From Lachnospiraceae bacterium (GTDB taxonomy: Bacteria; Bacillota; Clostridia; Lachnospirales; Anaerotignaceae), in the NCBI GenBank assembly GCA_034925905.1, contig JAYFRL010000020.1, positions 9,880 through 73,879 of the forward strand: 64,000 nt of DNA. Direction: 5' to 3'. Positions 1 to 9,961 of the stretch are shown in pieces. The translations under genes were made by a program, and so were the position numbers. A model generated the notes under the pieces. That model was not told where the DNA came from. It was given only the letters and a program-made list of their open reading frames with translations, and ran no database searches. Position 1 is the stretch's first letter, and each line of letters opens with the position of its first letter.

Positions 1-1104
1 ATCGCCTACATATGTGAGATGTGGGACTTTTGTTCCTTTATCTATAACCGAATTTTTAACCTCAACAAAATCGCCTATCTTAACATTTTCTCCTATATCG
101 CAGTTCGGCCTTATGTATGCATATGGCCCGATATTCGCTCCGCTGCCTATTTTGGAATCCATAGCCATTGTAAATTTCAGGTTGACATTATCGCCTATAG
201 CCATATTCGTAAGCTGGCAATACGGACCTATAACGCAGCCCTCTCCTATTTTTGTCCCCGATTCTATGAGGCATCCCGGTTTTATAACGGTATCCTCGCC
301 TATTTCAACATCAAAATCTATATATGTCGTTTCGGGGTCGATAAGAGTTACTCCGTTATCCATATGCATTGCGTTTATTGTTTTTTTCATTTCATACGCT
401 GCATTTGCAAGCTGACTTCTTGAATTTACACCGTTAAACTCCTTATGGCTTAAAACAGGCATAACCGAAACCTTTTCACCCATTGATTTAAGTATTTCAA
501 CAGTGTCTGTAAGATAATATTCATTTTGAGAATTGTTGTTTTTAAGCTTTGAAAGGGCAGATTTTAAAGAAGAGCCGTTAAAGCAATAAACCCCGGCGTT
601 AACCTCTTTTATAAGCTTTTCCTCCGGCAGCGTATCTTTTTCTTCAACTATTTTCTCAAAATCTCCGCCTTTTCTTATTATGCGTCCATAGCCAAAAGGC
701 TCATCCAAAAAAGTTGAAACAAGAGAAACAGAATTTGAGTTTTGCCTATGAAAGCCCAAAAGGGACACAAGCGTTTCCTCTTTAAGAAGAGGTGTGTCTC
801 CATATAAAACCATATAATCAATTCCGTCTTCTATAAAGCTTCCCGCCTGCATAACCGCATGACCCGTCCCAAGCTGCTCCTTTTGATAAGAAAAGCTTAC
901 ACCGGTATCTTTTAAAGCCTCTTTAACAGCATCCGCTCCATGACCCAATATAACACATATATCGCTTGCTCCCGCACCTCTTGCTGCGTCAATAACATAA
1001 AACAACATTGGTCTTCCTAAAATACTGTGCAAAACCTTAGGCAGAGAAGATTTCATCCTCTTGCCCTCTCCTGCCGCAAGTATTATGGCTTTTAATCCTA
1101 ACAT
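1..1104 (-). CDS. glmU: Bifunctional UDP-GlcNAc pyrophosphorylase / GlcN-1-P N-acetyltransferase. The 3' end runs off the window start.
   Basis: Not in the ORF track because there is no stop in the window. My minus-strand translation from the ATG near 1104 reads MLGLKAIILAAGEGKRMKSSLPKVLHSILGRPML...LGTGHAV...YGDTPL...EYYLTD, followed by hexapeptide (left-handed beta-helix) repeats toward position 1. Confidence 0.85.
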   Translation of the reverse strand, partial: MLGLKAIILAAGEGKRMKSSLPKVLHSILGRPMLFYVIDAARGAGASDICVILGHGADAVKEALKDTGVSFSYQKEQLGTGHAVMQAGSFIEDGIDYMVLYGDTPLLKEETLVSLLGFHRQNSNSVSLVSTFLDEPFGYGRIIRKGGDFEKIVEEKDTLPEEKLIKEVNAGVYCFNGSSLKSALSKLKNNNSQNEYYLTDTVEILKSMGEKVSVMPVLSHKEFNGVNSRSQLANAAYEMKKTINAMHMDNGVTLIDPETTYIDFDVEIGEDTVIKPGCLIESGTKIGEGCVIGPYCQLTNMAIGDNVNLKFTMAMDSKIGSGANIGPYAYIRPNCDIGENVKIGDFVEVKNSVIDKGTKVPHLTYVGD

Positions 1105-1116
1105 ATCAATGCTCCT

Positions 1117-3759
1117 TTATTTTAACTGTTCTTTTAAGGTTTCCTTTGCCACATTCAAAGCTTCCTTGATTTTTGAAGCGTCTTTCCCTCCGGCCTGGGC
1201 CATGTTCGGGCGCCCGCCTCCGCCTCCGCCGCAGGCTGCTGCGGCAGCTTTTATTATATTCCCTGCATGGGCGTTAAGCTTAACGGCATCATCCGTTGCC
1301 ATTGCAAGAAGGTTTACCTTTCCGTCTTTTTCCCCGGCAAGCACAATAACCCCTTTTTTAAGTGAAGCCTTTATTTCGTCACCTATTGTTCTTAATGTTC
1401 CCGCATCGGCATCTTTAACTTCCGCGGCAACAAACTTAACGGCTTTTATCTCCTCGGCATTTTGAAGCATATCCGAAACAGAGCTTTTTGCAAGCTTTGA
1501 TTTTATACTTTCAAGCTCTCTTGAGAGTTCTTTTTCCCTTGCCAAAATATCTTCAATGCGTTTTACCATGTTTTCAGGCGCGGCTTTAATAAGCGAACAA
1601 GCCGTCTTAAGTTCATCTTCCGTATGCTGATAAAATTTTAAAGTGTTTTCTCCGGTTAAAGCCTCTATTCTGCGCACTCCTGCTGCAATTCCGTTCTCCG
1701 AAACTATTTTGAAAGAGCCTATTTGCGAGGTGTTTTTAAGATGTGCGCCTCCGCAAAGCTCTATGCTATAGCCGCCCATGCTTACAACTCTTACAATATC
1801 TCCGTATTTCTCACCAAACAGCGCCATAGCGCCCATTTTTCTTGCTTCGTCTATTGTCTTCTCGCAAATATCTATTTCAAGGCTTTCAAATATTTTTTCG
1901 TTTACAAGGCTTTCAACCTGCTTTATTTCTTCATCTGTCATTGCCATGAAATGGGTAAAATCAAAGCGGAGCCTTTCAGGCGTAACCAACGAGCCTGCCT
2001 GCTCAACGTGCGTTCCCAAAACTGTTCTTAAAGCTTTTTGCAAAAGATGTGTTGCGCTATGGTTTCTTGAGGTTGCAAGGCGGAGTTTTCTGTCTATCTT
2101 TGCGCTAACCTCATCACCAACCGATATGGTTCCCTCTAAAACAGTTCCCACATGCGCTATTTTACCGCCGACAACCTTTATACAATCACTTATGTTAACC
2201 TTGCCAAACGGAGAATATATAATTCCTTTATCTCCGGCTTGACCGCCGCTTTCGGCATAAAACGGAGTTTTACTTATAAATACGGAAACCTCGTCTCCCG
2301 CCTCAGCCGAATCAGCAACCTCGTTGTTACTAATAAGCGCTATAACCTTTGCGCCGGAAACCTCATACGTGTCATAGCCTGCAAAGGCTGTTTCTATGGA
2401 TGTGTCAAGCTTATGGTATATTGTTTCATCGGCACCCATATAAGTGCTTTCGCCTCTTGCCTTACGTGCTCTTTCTTTTTGCACCTTCATTTCAGACATA
2501 AAAGCGTCTTCATCAAGCGACATGCTTTCTTCTTCGAGTATTTCTTTGGTTAAATCAACGGGAAAGCCATAGGTGTCATAAAGCTTGAAAGATTTATTCC
2601 CATCCATAATTGTCTCGCCCAAAGCTTTCATTTCGGCTATGTCTTCTTTTAATATTTCCATACCCTTGTCTATTGTTTTGTAAAAGCTGTTTTCTTCAAC
2701 TGCTATAATTTTTAATATATAATCCATCTTTTCAGCAAGCTGAGGATAAGCGTCCTTGGAATGGAGAATAACCGTTTTACTAAGCTCCGGCATAAATTCA
2801 CGGTCTATGCCCAAAAGCTTCCCATGCCTTGCGGCGCGCCTCAAAAGGCGTCTTAAAACGTAGCCCCTGCCTTCGTTTGAAGGAAGAACTCCGTCAGATG
2901 TCATAAATGTTACGGAACGTATATGGTCGGTTATTACCCTTATGGATATATCCTGCTTAATATCTTCATTATACCTTACGTTCGCTATTTCACAAACCTT
3001 ATCCCTTATTGCTTTTATTGTATCAACATCAAATATGGAATCAACACCTTGTATTATGGTTGCCATACGCTCAAGCCCCATGCCCGTGTCTATGTTTTTT
3101 TGTGCAAGGTCTGTGTAGCTTCCGTCTTCTTCCTTATTAAACTGTGTAAAAACAAGGTTCCAAAACTCCATATATCTGTCACAGTCGCAGCCAACTTTGC
3201 AATCCGGCTTGCCACAGCCATATTTTTCGCCCCTGTCATAATATATCTCCGAGCAGGGACCGCATGGGCCCAAGCCATGCTCCCAAAAATTGTCCGCCTT
3301 GCCAAGCCTTGTTATCCTTTCGGCCGGCAAACCAACTTTTTTATTCCATATTTCAAAGGCTTCGTCATCATCAAGATAAACCGTTACGTAAAGGCGGTCT
3401 TTTGGGATTCCTAATGTTTCGGTTACAAATTCCCAGCTCCATGGGATAATTTCATTTTTAAAATAATCTCCGAAAGAAAAATTCCCAAGCATTTCAAAAA
3501 AAGTGCCATGGCGCGCAGTTTTGCCTACATTTTCAATGTCCCCTGTTCTTATGCATTTCTGGCAGGTTGCAACTCTGGTTTTAGGAGGAATGACCTGACC
3601 TGTGAAAAACGGCTTCAAAGGAGCCATTCCTGAATTTATAAGCAAAAGACTGTTATCATTATGAGGAATAAGCGAAGAACTGGGCATTATAAGATGGTCT
3701 TTGCCCTCAAAAAACCTTAAAAATTCTTCCCTTATTTCGTTTAAACCCATGTATTTCAT
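1117..3759 (-). CDS. alaS: Alanine--tRNA ligase
   Basis: 880 aa. Class II AlaRS N-terminus (FLRFFEGKDH, FTGQ..PP), editing-domain HxxxH (HSATHLL), C-terminal DHHA1 region with a Gly run. A T-box leader lies upstream. Confidence 0.97.
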   Translation of the reverse strand: MKYMGLNEIREEFLRFFEGKDHLIMPSSSLIPHNDNSLLLINSGMAPLKPFFTGQVIPPKTRVATCQKCIRTGDIENVGKTARHGTFFEMLGNFSFGDYFKNEIIPWSWEFVTETLGIPKDRLYVTVYLDDDEAFEIWNKKVGLPAERITRLGKADNFWEHGLGPCGPCSEIYYDRGEKYGCGKPDCKVGCDCDRYMEFWNLVFTQFNKEEDGSYTDLAQKNIDTGMGLERMATIIQGVDSIFDVDTIKAIRDKVCEIANVRYNEDIKQDISIRVITDHIRSVTFMTSDGVLPSNEGRGYVLRRLLRRAARHGKLLGIDREFMPELSKTVILHSKDAYPQLAEKMDYILKIIAVEENSFYKTIDKGMEILKEDIAEMKALGETIMDGNKSFKLYDTYGFPVDLTKEILEEESMSLDEDAFMSEMKVQKERARKARGESTYMGADETIYHKLDTSIETAFAGYDTYEVSGAKVIALISNNEVADSAEAGDEVSVFISKTPFYAESGGQAGDKGIIYSPFGKVNISDCIKVVGGKIAHVGTVLEGTISVGDEVSAKIDRKLRLATSRNHSATHLLQKALRTVLGTHVEQAGSLVTPERLRFDFTHFMAMTDEEIKQVESLVNEKIFESLEIDICEKTIDEARKMGAMALFGEKYGDIVRVVSMGGYSIELCGGAHLKNTSQIGSFKIVSENGIAAGVRRIEALTGENTLKFYQHTEDELKTACSLIKAAPENMVKRIEDILAREKELSRELESIKSKLAKSSVSDMLQNAEEIKAVKFVAAEVKDADAGTLRTIGDEIKASLKKGVIVLAGEKDGKVNLLAMATDDAVKLNAHAGNIIKAAAAACGGGGGGRPNMAQAGGKDASKIKEALNVAKETLKEQLK

Positions 3760-3789
3760 AAAGTCCTCCTTAAGTATATAATATTAAAA

Positions 3790-4098
3790 TTTAAAGGCGC
3801 GTATTAAAAAAACTCATTACACAAATAAAAAAGCTTTCCATCCTGAATTTAGGGACGAAAAGCCGCGGTACCACCCTAGTTATACTAAATTTAGTATCCC
3901 TTTTAACCCTTAACGCGGGAAACGTCGCTAAAAAACACGCGGCTAAAGGATAACCCTTTAAAAAGCTGCTTCGGTGGCCGTCTTATAAAAATCTCGCAGA
4001 ACAATGGGTACGCCAAAGGATTTTTTCTCTGGGACAAAACGTATGCCGCTTACTTATTCTTTTTTTGCCTTTGATTTTATTTATTTTAAGTAAAGTCT
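3790..4098 (-). promoter_or_regulatory. T-box leader (tRNA-sensing riboswitch) controlling alaS
   Basis: The minus strand carries the conserved T-box core CTAGGGTGGTACCGCGG (plus 3863-3879). This is followed by a terminator hairpin (GCTTTTCGTCCC...GGATGGAAAGC) and TTTTTTATTT. An AGAGA-like box (CCAGAGAAAAA) lies upstream. A candidate specifier GAA-GCA-G (Ala codon, plus 3967-3969) is present. Confidence 0.85.
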
Positions 4099-4104
4099 GG
4101 TTAA

Positions 4105-4133
4105 ATTATATTTTCAATATCCATTCTTGTCAA
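4105..4133 (-). promoter_or_regulatory. Sigma-A promoter for the alaS T-box leader
   Basis: Minus strand reads TTGACA, a 17-nt spacer, then TATAAT (perfect consensus). It starts only a few nt after the rpoN stop codon. Confidence 0.7.
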
Positions 4134-4139
4134 TAATTT

Positions 4140-5498
4140 TTACATATATGATTTCCTGCCCGAAGCAGATGGAATATTCATGTTTTCCCTGTATTTTGCA
4201 ATAGTTCTTCTTGAGATATTTATTCCCTCTTTATTAAGTTCTTCTCCTATTTTCCTGTCACTTAAAGGATTTTGACTGTTTTCAGCGTTTATTATGGCTT
4301 TTATGGCATGTTTAACACTTTCAGACGAGGTATCCTGCAAATTATCTTTTTCAATGCCGTGGTTAAAAAAAACACCAAGAGGAAAAACACCAAAGCTGCA
4401 CTGCAAATATTTATCGCTCACAGCCCTGCTCACTGTAGATTCGTGGCTGCCTATTATTTTTGCAATATCGTTAAGCTTCATAGGCTTTATGTTCCCAGGT
4501 CCAAGAAGGAAAAAGTCTTTTTGTACCTCAAGAATCGCTTCGGACGTTTTAAGAAGGGTTTGATTTCTCTTTGATATACATTTTATGGCCCATTCCGCCT
4601 GCCTTATTTTTTCGCAGACATAGTCTTTTGTGTCAGTGTTTACATCGTCGCATACAATATCCTTATAATAGCTGCTTATTTTTATTTTAGGCTGATAACT
4701 GTCATTTAAAACCACGTTAAATCCAGTTCCTTTTTTTTCTATTATTATGTCCGGTATTATATACTCAAGGTTTTTTTTGGAATAATAGCTGTTCCCTGGT
4801 TTTGGATTAAGTGATTTTATTATTTCTCCCGCTTCGTTTACATCTTTAAGCGGAGCCTTTAGCCTGCTGGCTATGGATTTTAGCTGGTTTTTTCCAAAAG
4901 CTGCAAGCTCATTTAAAACTATTCTTTCTGCAAGCAAATTCTTTTTAGGAAGGTTCGTAAGCTGAAGCAAAAGACATTCCTTTAAGTCTCTTGCACCAAT
5001 ACCTACGGGCTCAAACTTCTGGACGGTTTTAAGCGCATCTTCCATGATTTGCTCGGAAACATTGATCCTTTTCGATATTTTTTCGATAGGGTCATCTATA
5101 TAACCGTTCTCGTCCATATCCTCTATTATATAATGCACAACTGCCCTTTTAAGCTCATCCATCTGAATGGCGTTTGCCTGAAACATCAAATAATCCTTTA
5201 AATTCATTCCTTCGTCTATAAATTTCCAGCTGTCGTTTGCATCTTTATCTTCCACGTCGGAATAATAGTAAGTCTTATTTTGTTCGTCAGTGGAGTCAAG
5301 CCAATCCAAACGCTTTTTAGCCATTTCGGTCTTTAATTCGCTTTCCTGCCCTTCTTCATATTCTATAACAGGATTTTCAACCGAAAGCACATTTATATAT
5401 TCTAAAAGCTCAGCCGTGCTCATTTGGAGAATTTTGGCAGATTGCATCATTTTTTGCGAAAGAACAGTTTTTTGAATTGTATTTAAAGTTAAGTTCAA
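4140..5498 (-). CDS. rpoN: RNA polymerase sigma-54 factor
   Basis: 452 aa. The C-terminal RpoN box ISRRTIAKYRE and an HTH (HESTVSRAV) are present, and the N-terminal region I is Gln/Leu-rich. Confidence 0.93.
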   Translation of the reverse strand: MNLTLNTIQKTVLSQKMMQSAKILQMSTAELLEYINVLSVENPVIEYEEGQESELKTEMAKKRLDWLDSTDEQNKTYYYSDVEDKDANDSWKFIDEGMNLKDYLMFQANAIQMDELKRAVVHYIIEDMDENGYIDDPIEKISKRINVSEQIMEDALKTVQKFEPVGIGARDLKECLLLQLTNLPKKNLLAERIVLNELAAFGKNQLKSIASRLKAPLKDVNEAGEIIKSLNPKPGNSYYSKKNLEYIIPDIIIEKKGTGFNVVLNDSYQPKIKISSYYKDIVCDDVNTDTKDYVCEKIRQAEWAIKCISKRNQTLLKTSEAILEVQKDFFLLGPGNIKPMKLNDIAKIIGSHESTVSRAVSDKYLQCSFGVFPLGVFFNHGIEKDNLQDTSSESVKHAIKAIINAENSQNPLSDRKIGEELNKEGINISRRTIAKYRENMNIPSASGRKSYM

Positions 5499-5733
5499 TG
5501 CCTAGTCCTCCTTAATAAGATAAGTACAGTTAAAATTTCACCTTTATTATTATACTATACAAAACAAGAAAGTCATAACAATTACTTTAACTTTATAAAA
5601 TATACTAATTTTTTCAAATATTCCTTTTAAAAAAACAAAAACTTTGACTTTTCCTTTGATTTTGCATTTACTTTTTGTCATTTTAATAGTAAAATTGCCT
5701 TAGTCAGTGCTAACTTATGGGGGTGCTTTTTTT

Positions 5734-6282
5734 ATGATGCGTGATTTTTCAATGCATTTTATGGATATCGTTCAAAACAGCATAAAAGCCGATGCAAAAA
5801 ATATAATCATAAAGCTAAACGAAAATGTCCATGAGAACCTTTTTGAATTTTCAGTTTCAGACGATGGAAAAGGAATGACAGATGAACAGGCTAAAAAAGC
5901 CATAAGTCCATTTTTCACTTCAAGGACAACACGTAAAGTTGGGCTTGGGCTGCCTCTTTTAAACCAAACCTGCATGACTTGCAACGGTAAGATGAGCTTA
6001 GAAAGCACACCAGGAGTTGGAACAACAGTAACGGCAACAATGGAATATGACCATATAGACAGACCTCCTTTGGGGAATGTCGGCGAAACCCTTTTTATAT
6101 TGATAATAACTAATATGGAAATAGATTTTAAATATATTCATAACTATAATTCAAACAAGTATATTCTTGATACAAAAGAAATAAAAGAAGTTTTAGAAGG
6201 AGTTCCTTTGAATTCTCCTGATGTTATGTCATGGCTTAGAGCAAACATTAAAGAAGGGCTTGAAGAAATCAGGCATGGTTAG
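5734..6282 (+). CDS. Stand-alone GHKL (HATPase_c-like) ATP-binding protein with no DHp or sensor domain
   Basis: N-box DIVQNSIKA, G1 DDGKGM, G2 GLGLPLL, plus a roughly 70-aa C-terminal extension. I moved the start to the ATG preceded by GGGGGTG; the track ORF starts at GTG 5707. Confidence 0.75.
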   Translation: MMRDFSMHFMDIVQNSIKADAKNIIIKLNENVHENLFEFSVSDDGKGMTDEQAKKAISPFFTSRTTRKVGLGLPLLNQTCMTCNGKMSLESTPGVGTTVTATMEYDHIDRPPLGNVGETLFILIITNMEIDFKYIHNYNSNKYILDTKEIKEVLEGVPLNSPDVMSWLRANIKEGLEEIRHG

Positions 6283-6485
6283 CAACCTTTTTATAATTGT
6301 TTTTATAATATATGCCAGTCTTTGTATTAATACTGTTTTCCCTTAATTATTATTGAGAATTTATTTAATTTGTTTTAAAATAATAACGGTTGTTTTATCA
6401 CCTTATTTTTTATAAAAAATATTTTCGCCATTTTTATATTTTTATAATATTGATTTGGCAAAAGAACAAAACAGAGGAGGATAAT

Positions 6486-7811
6486 ATGCAAGCTTTAACA
6501 TTCAATCGGGGAGTTCATCCAAAAGATGAAAAGGCTATAACAGCCAATAAACCTATTGAAGTAATAATGCCTAAGGTAAAACAGGTGTTTTATTTTCCTG
6601 TTTGTCAGCATATAGGCGCTCCATGCGAGCCTATAGTTGAAAAGGGCGATTACGTCAAGGTTGGCCAAAAAATAGCCGAAGCAAAAGCCTTTGTCTCTTC
6701 TCCGATATTTTCAAGCATTTCGGGCACTGTTACAGATATTCGCCCTATGCTTGTACCCGGAGGCGCAATGATGCAGTCAATTGTTATTGAAAATGACGGC
6801 CTCATGCAAGAAATTGAAGGGCTTAACGAAGCAAAAGACTACACGAAGATGTCAAACGAAGAAATTTTAAGCTGTATCAAAGAAGCAGGAGTGGTTGGTT
6901 TGGGAGGCGCAGGCTTTCCAACGCATGTGAAGCTTGCCCCGCCGAAGGACAAAGTTATCGATTATATTTTGATTAACGGAGCTGAATGCGAACCATACTT
7001 AACCTGCGACTACAGGCTTATGCTTGAAGAACCGGAAAAAATTATAAAAGGTCTTCAGGTTATTTTAAAGCTTCACCCAAACGCAAAAGGCGTTATAGGA
7101 ATAGAGCAAAACAAGCCGGAAGCTATAAAAGTGATGACAGAAGCGGCAAAAGGAATTGATAATATAACAGTTGCCACACTTATAACAAAGTTCCCTCAAG
7201 GCTCCGAAAAACATCTTATTTATGCAATTACTAAAAGAGAAGTTAAATCGGGTGCTTTACCGGCAGACGCAGGCTGTATTGTTGACAACATCGATACAGT
7301 TATAGCTATTTACAACGCAATGTTTGAAAATAAGCCTATAATGAGAAGAATAATCACAGTTAGTGGGCGTGCAGTTGCAAACCCCGGCAACTATGAAATA
7401 AGAATCGGAACAACTTTTAAAGATATTATAGACTCTATAGGCGGGTTTAAAGAAACGCCCGCTAAATTTATCGCCGGCGGACCTATGATGGGTCCCGCCA
7501 TGTATACTCTGGACGTTGCAACTGTAAAAACATCCTCAGCCCTTCTTTGCCTTACGGAAAAAGAAGCCATGCTTCCTCCTGAAAGCAACTGTATACGCTG
7601 CGGAAAATGCGTTTCTCACTGTCCAATGGGGCTTATGCCTCTTGAGCTTAATCAATACGCTATACGAGGAGACGGAGACGGCTTTGTCAAAGCTAATGGC
7701 CTTGACTGCATAGAATGCGGAAGCTGCTCTTTCATTTGTCCGGCCAAAAGGCATCTTGCTCAGTCTATAAGAGCTGAGAAAAAGATACAAATGGCTAAAA
7801 AGAAAAAGTAA
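6486..7811 (+). CDS. rnfC: Rnf electron-transport complex subunit C
   Basis: GGAGFPTHVKL NADH/FMN motif and two 4Fe-4S motifs (CIRCGKCVSHCP, CIECGSCSFICP). Start taken at MQALTF, which follows a GAGGAGG RBS. The track ORF extends upstream only because no stop intervenes. Confidence 0.95.
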   Translation: MQALTFNRGVHPKDEKAITANKPIEVIMPKVKQVFYFPVCQHIGAPCEPIVEKGDYVKVGQKIAEAKAFVSSPIFSSISGTVTDIRPMLVPGGAMMQSIVIENDGLMQEIEGLNEAKDYTKMSNEEILSCIKEAGVVGLGGAGFPTHVKLAPPKDKVIDYILINGAECEPYLTCDYRLMLEEPEKIIKGLQVILKLHPNAKGVIGIEQNKPEAIKVMTEAAKGIDNITVATLITKFPQGSEKHLIYAITKREVKSGALPADAGCIVDNIDTVIAIYNAMFENKPIMRRIITVSGRAVANPGNYEIRIGTTFKDIIDSIGGFKETPAKFIAGGPMMGPAMYTLDVATVKTSSALLCLTEKEAMLPPESNCIRCGKCVSHCPMGLMPLELNQYAIRGDGDGFVKANGLDCIECGSCSFICPAKRHLAQSIRAEKKIQMAKKKK

Positions 7812-7823
7812 GGGGGGAAAATA

Positions 7824-8783
7824 ATGGATAATCAAAATGTTATAGTATCGGCTACCCCTCACGTTTGTTCTAAGGATTCAACAAGAAGCATAATGCTTGA
7901 TGTTATAATTGCCCTTGTTCCCGCGTGTGTTATGGGTATATACTATTTTGGTTTTAATGCTCTTTTATTAATGCTTGTTTCCGTGGCATCCGCAATGCTC
8001 TCTGAAGCGGCTTTTCAAAAAATAATGAAACGTCCAAGCACTACAGGAGATTTAAGCGCAGCGGTTACCGGGCTTCTTTTGGCTCTTAACATGCCTGCTT
8101 CCGCTCCTTTATGGACTCCTGTTGTCGGAAGTGTTTTTGCTATAATAATAGTTAAACAAATATTTGGAGGAATAGGCCAAAACTTTGTAAACCCCGCATT
8201 GGCGGGACGTGCTTTTTTGCTTGCTTCATATCCGACTATTATGACAGCATGGACGCTTGACGGAGTTTCAACGGCTACGCCTCTTGCCCTGCTTAAATCG
8301 GGAAGTTTTGTTCCTGCCGGAGCAGACATTGCAAGTGCATTCTTCGGTCATATAGGCGGATGTATAGGCGAAACAAGTGCAATTGCCCTTTTAATAGGAG
8401 GCATATATCTTATAGTAAAACAGGTTATAAGCTGGAGAATACCCGTTATATACATAGCAACAGTTATGCTTTTAACTTGGATTATCGGAAGAAACGGGGT
8501 TATGACAGGCTTCCCGGTATATGAAGCAGTTGTTGGCGGGCTTATGCTCGGAGCAATATTTATGGCAACGGATTATGCCACCTCTCCCGTCACTGCGGCA
8601 GGTCAGGTTATATTTGCCTTGGGCTGCGGTCTTTTAACCGCTCTTATAAGAACAAAAGGAGGATATCCTGAAGGCGTTTCTTATTCAATACTTATTATGA
8701 ACCTTTGTGTCCCACTTATTGATAAATTTACAAGACCAAGGGTCTTTGGAACAACAAAAGCAAAGGAGGCGAAAAAAGCATGA
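7824..8783 (+). CDS. rnfD: Rnf complex subunit D
   Basis: Polytopic membrane protein with the NqrB/RnfD FMN-attachment region TDYATSPVT. It sits in the rnf operon. Confidence 0.95.
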   Translation: MDNQNVIVSATPHVCSKDSTRSIMLDVIIALVPACVMGIYYFGFNALLLMLVSVASAMLSEAAFQKIMKRPSTTGDLSAAVTGLLLALNMPASAPLWTPVVGSVFAIIIVKQIFGGIGQNFVNPALAGRAFLLASYPTIMTAWTLDGVSTATPLALLKSGSFVPAGADIASAFFGHIGGCIGETSAIALLIGGIYLIVKQVISWRIPVIYIATVMLLTWIIGRNGVMTGFPVYEAVVGGLMLGAIFMATDYATSPVTAAGQVIFALGCGLLTALIRTKGGYPEGVSYSILIMNLCVPLIDKFTRPRVFGTTKAKEAKKA

Positions 8784-9325
8784 AGCAAATATCAACTCCT
8801 GCAATAAGATTATTTATAATTTGCTTTGTTTGCACCCTTGCTTTAGGTCTTTGCTCAGAAATAACAAAAGAACCTATCGCAGCTCAGGCTGTTAAAACTC
8901 AGACCGAGGCTATGTCTGCGGTTTTCCCCGACGCTGTATTTGAGGAAGCCACGCTTGATTCAGAAACTCCCGGTGTAACGAAAGTTAACCTTGGGAAAGA
9001 CTCTGACGGAAACTTAAAGGGCTTTGTTGTAAATGTTGATACAAACGGTTTCGGCGGCACAATAAGCATGATGGTGGGCATTGACACCGAAGGAACAATA
9101 ACCGGGCTTAGGATATTGTCTCTTTCTGAAACTCCCGGCCTCGGTGCAAAAGCAACAGACTCTTCTTTCTATGAACAGTTTACAGGCATGTCCGGAGACC
9201 TTGCCGTAACCAAAGATGGCGGCGACGTTCAGGCTATAACAAGCGCAACCATAACATCAAGAGCTGTTACAAGCGGCGCAAACGCTGCTCTTAAATGGTT
9301 TGAAGAAAATGGAGGTGCTTATTGA
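8780..9325 (+). CDS. rnfG: Rnf complex subunit G
   Basis: N-terminal TM helix and the FMN-binding domain motif ITSATITSRAV. It overlaps rnfD by 4 nt. Confidence 0.93.
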   Translation: MKQISTPAIRLFIICFVCTLALGLCSEITKEPIAAQAVKTQTEAMSAVFPDAVFEEATLDSETPGVTKVNLGKDSDGNLKGFVVNVDTNGFGGTISMMVGIDTEGTITGLRILSLSETPGLGAKATDSSFYEQFTGMSGDLAVTKDGGDVQAITSATITSRAVTSGANAALKWFEENGGAY

Positions 9326-9942
9326 TGAATCGTAATCTTAGCGTATTTAAAGAAGGTATTTTCGAGAATAACCCAATACTTATACAGGTTGTCGGAATGT
9401 GCGCAACCCTTGCCACATCAACAAGCCTTATAAATGGCGTTGGAATGGGTCTTTCAACAACAGCCGTTTTGGTTGGCTCAAATGTTGTTATAGCTCTTCT
9501 TCGTAAGTATATTCCTGATACTGTAAGAATACCTTGCTTTATCGTTGTAATAGCATCATTCGTTACCATAGTTCAGCTGCTTTTGCAGGCATATATACCT
9601 TCGTTAAACCAATCTTTAGGGCTTTTTATCCCGCTTATAGTTGTTAACTGCATTATTCTTGCAAGGGCTGAATCCTTTGCTTCTAAAAATTCGGTTATTG
9701 CTTCGTTTTGGGATGGGCTTGGAAATGGTTTAGGCTTCACAATGGTTCTTGCTGTTATGGGTATTTTCCGTGAGTTTTTCGGCTCGGGAAAATTTCTTAA
9801 CATGCAGGTGCTTCCGGACGCTTTCCCACGCACGCTGATGCTTGTTATGGCTCCCGGAGCATTCTTTACTCTCGGCTGTTTCATGGCTGCTTTTAAGCAT
9901 GTTATGGCAAAGAAAAAGGCTGCAGAATCTAAAAACGCTTAA
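9325..9942 (+). CDS. rnfE: Rnf complex subunit E
   Basis: NqrD/RnfE-type six-TM protein (NPILIQVVGMC). The ATG overlaps the rnfG TGA. Confidence 0.93.
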   Translation: MNRNLSVFKEGIFENNPILIQVVGMCATLATSTSLINGVGMGLSTTAVLVGSNVVIALLRKYIPDTVRIPCFIVVIASFVTIVQLLLQAYIPSLNQSLGLFIPLIVVNCIILARAESFASKNSVIASFWDGLGNGLGFTMVLAVMGIFREFFGSGKFLNMQVLPDAFPRTLMLVMAPGAFFTLGCFMAAFKHVMAKKKAAESKNA

Positions 9943-9961
9943 ATAAAGGAGGGAAATAAAA

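Noticed and set aside
1061-1465. 134-aa plus-strand ORF with a poly-Pro/poly-Ala run (PPPPPPQAAAAA).
   Set aside because: It is the antisense mirror of the Gly/Ala-rich C-terminus of AlaS (ACGGGGGGRP). It has no RBS and lies entirely inside a high-confidence gene.
6390-6485. N-terminal extension of rnfC in the ORF track (MFYHLIFYKKYF...).
   Set aside because: It is AT-rich, low-complexity and has no RBS. A strong GAGGAGG RBS precedes the conserved MQALTFNRGVHP start at 6486.
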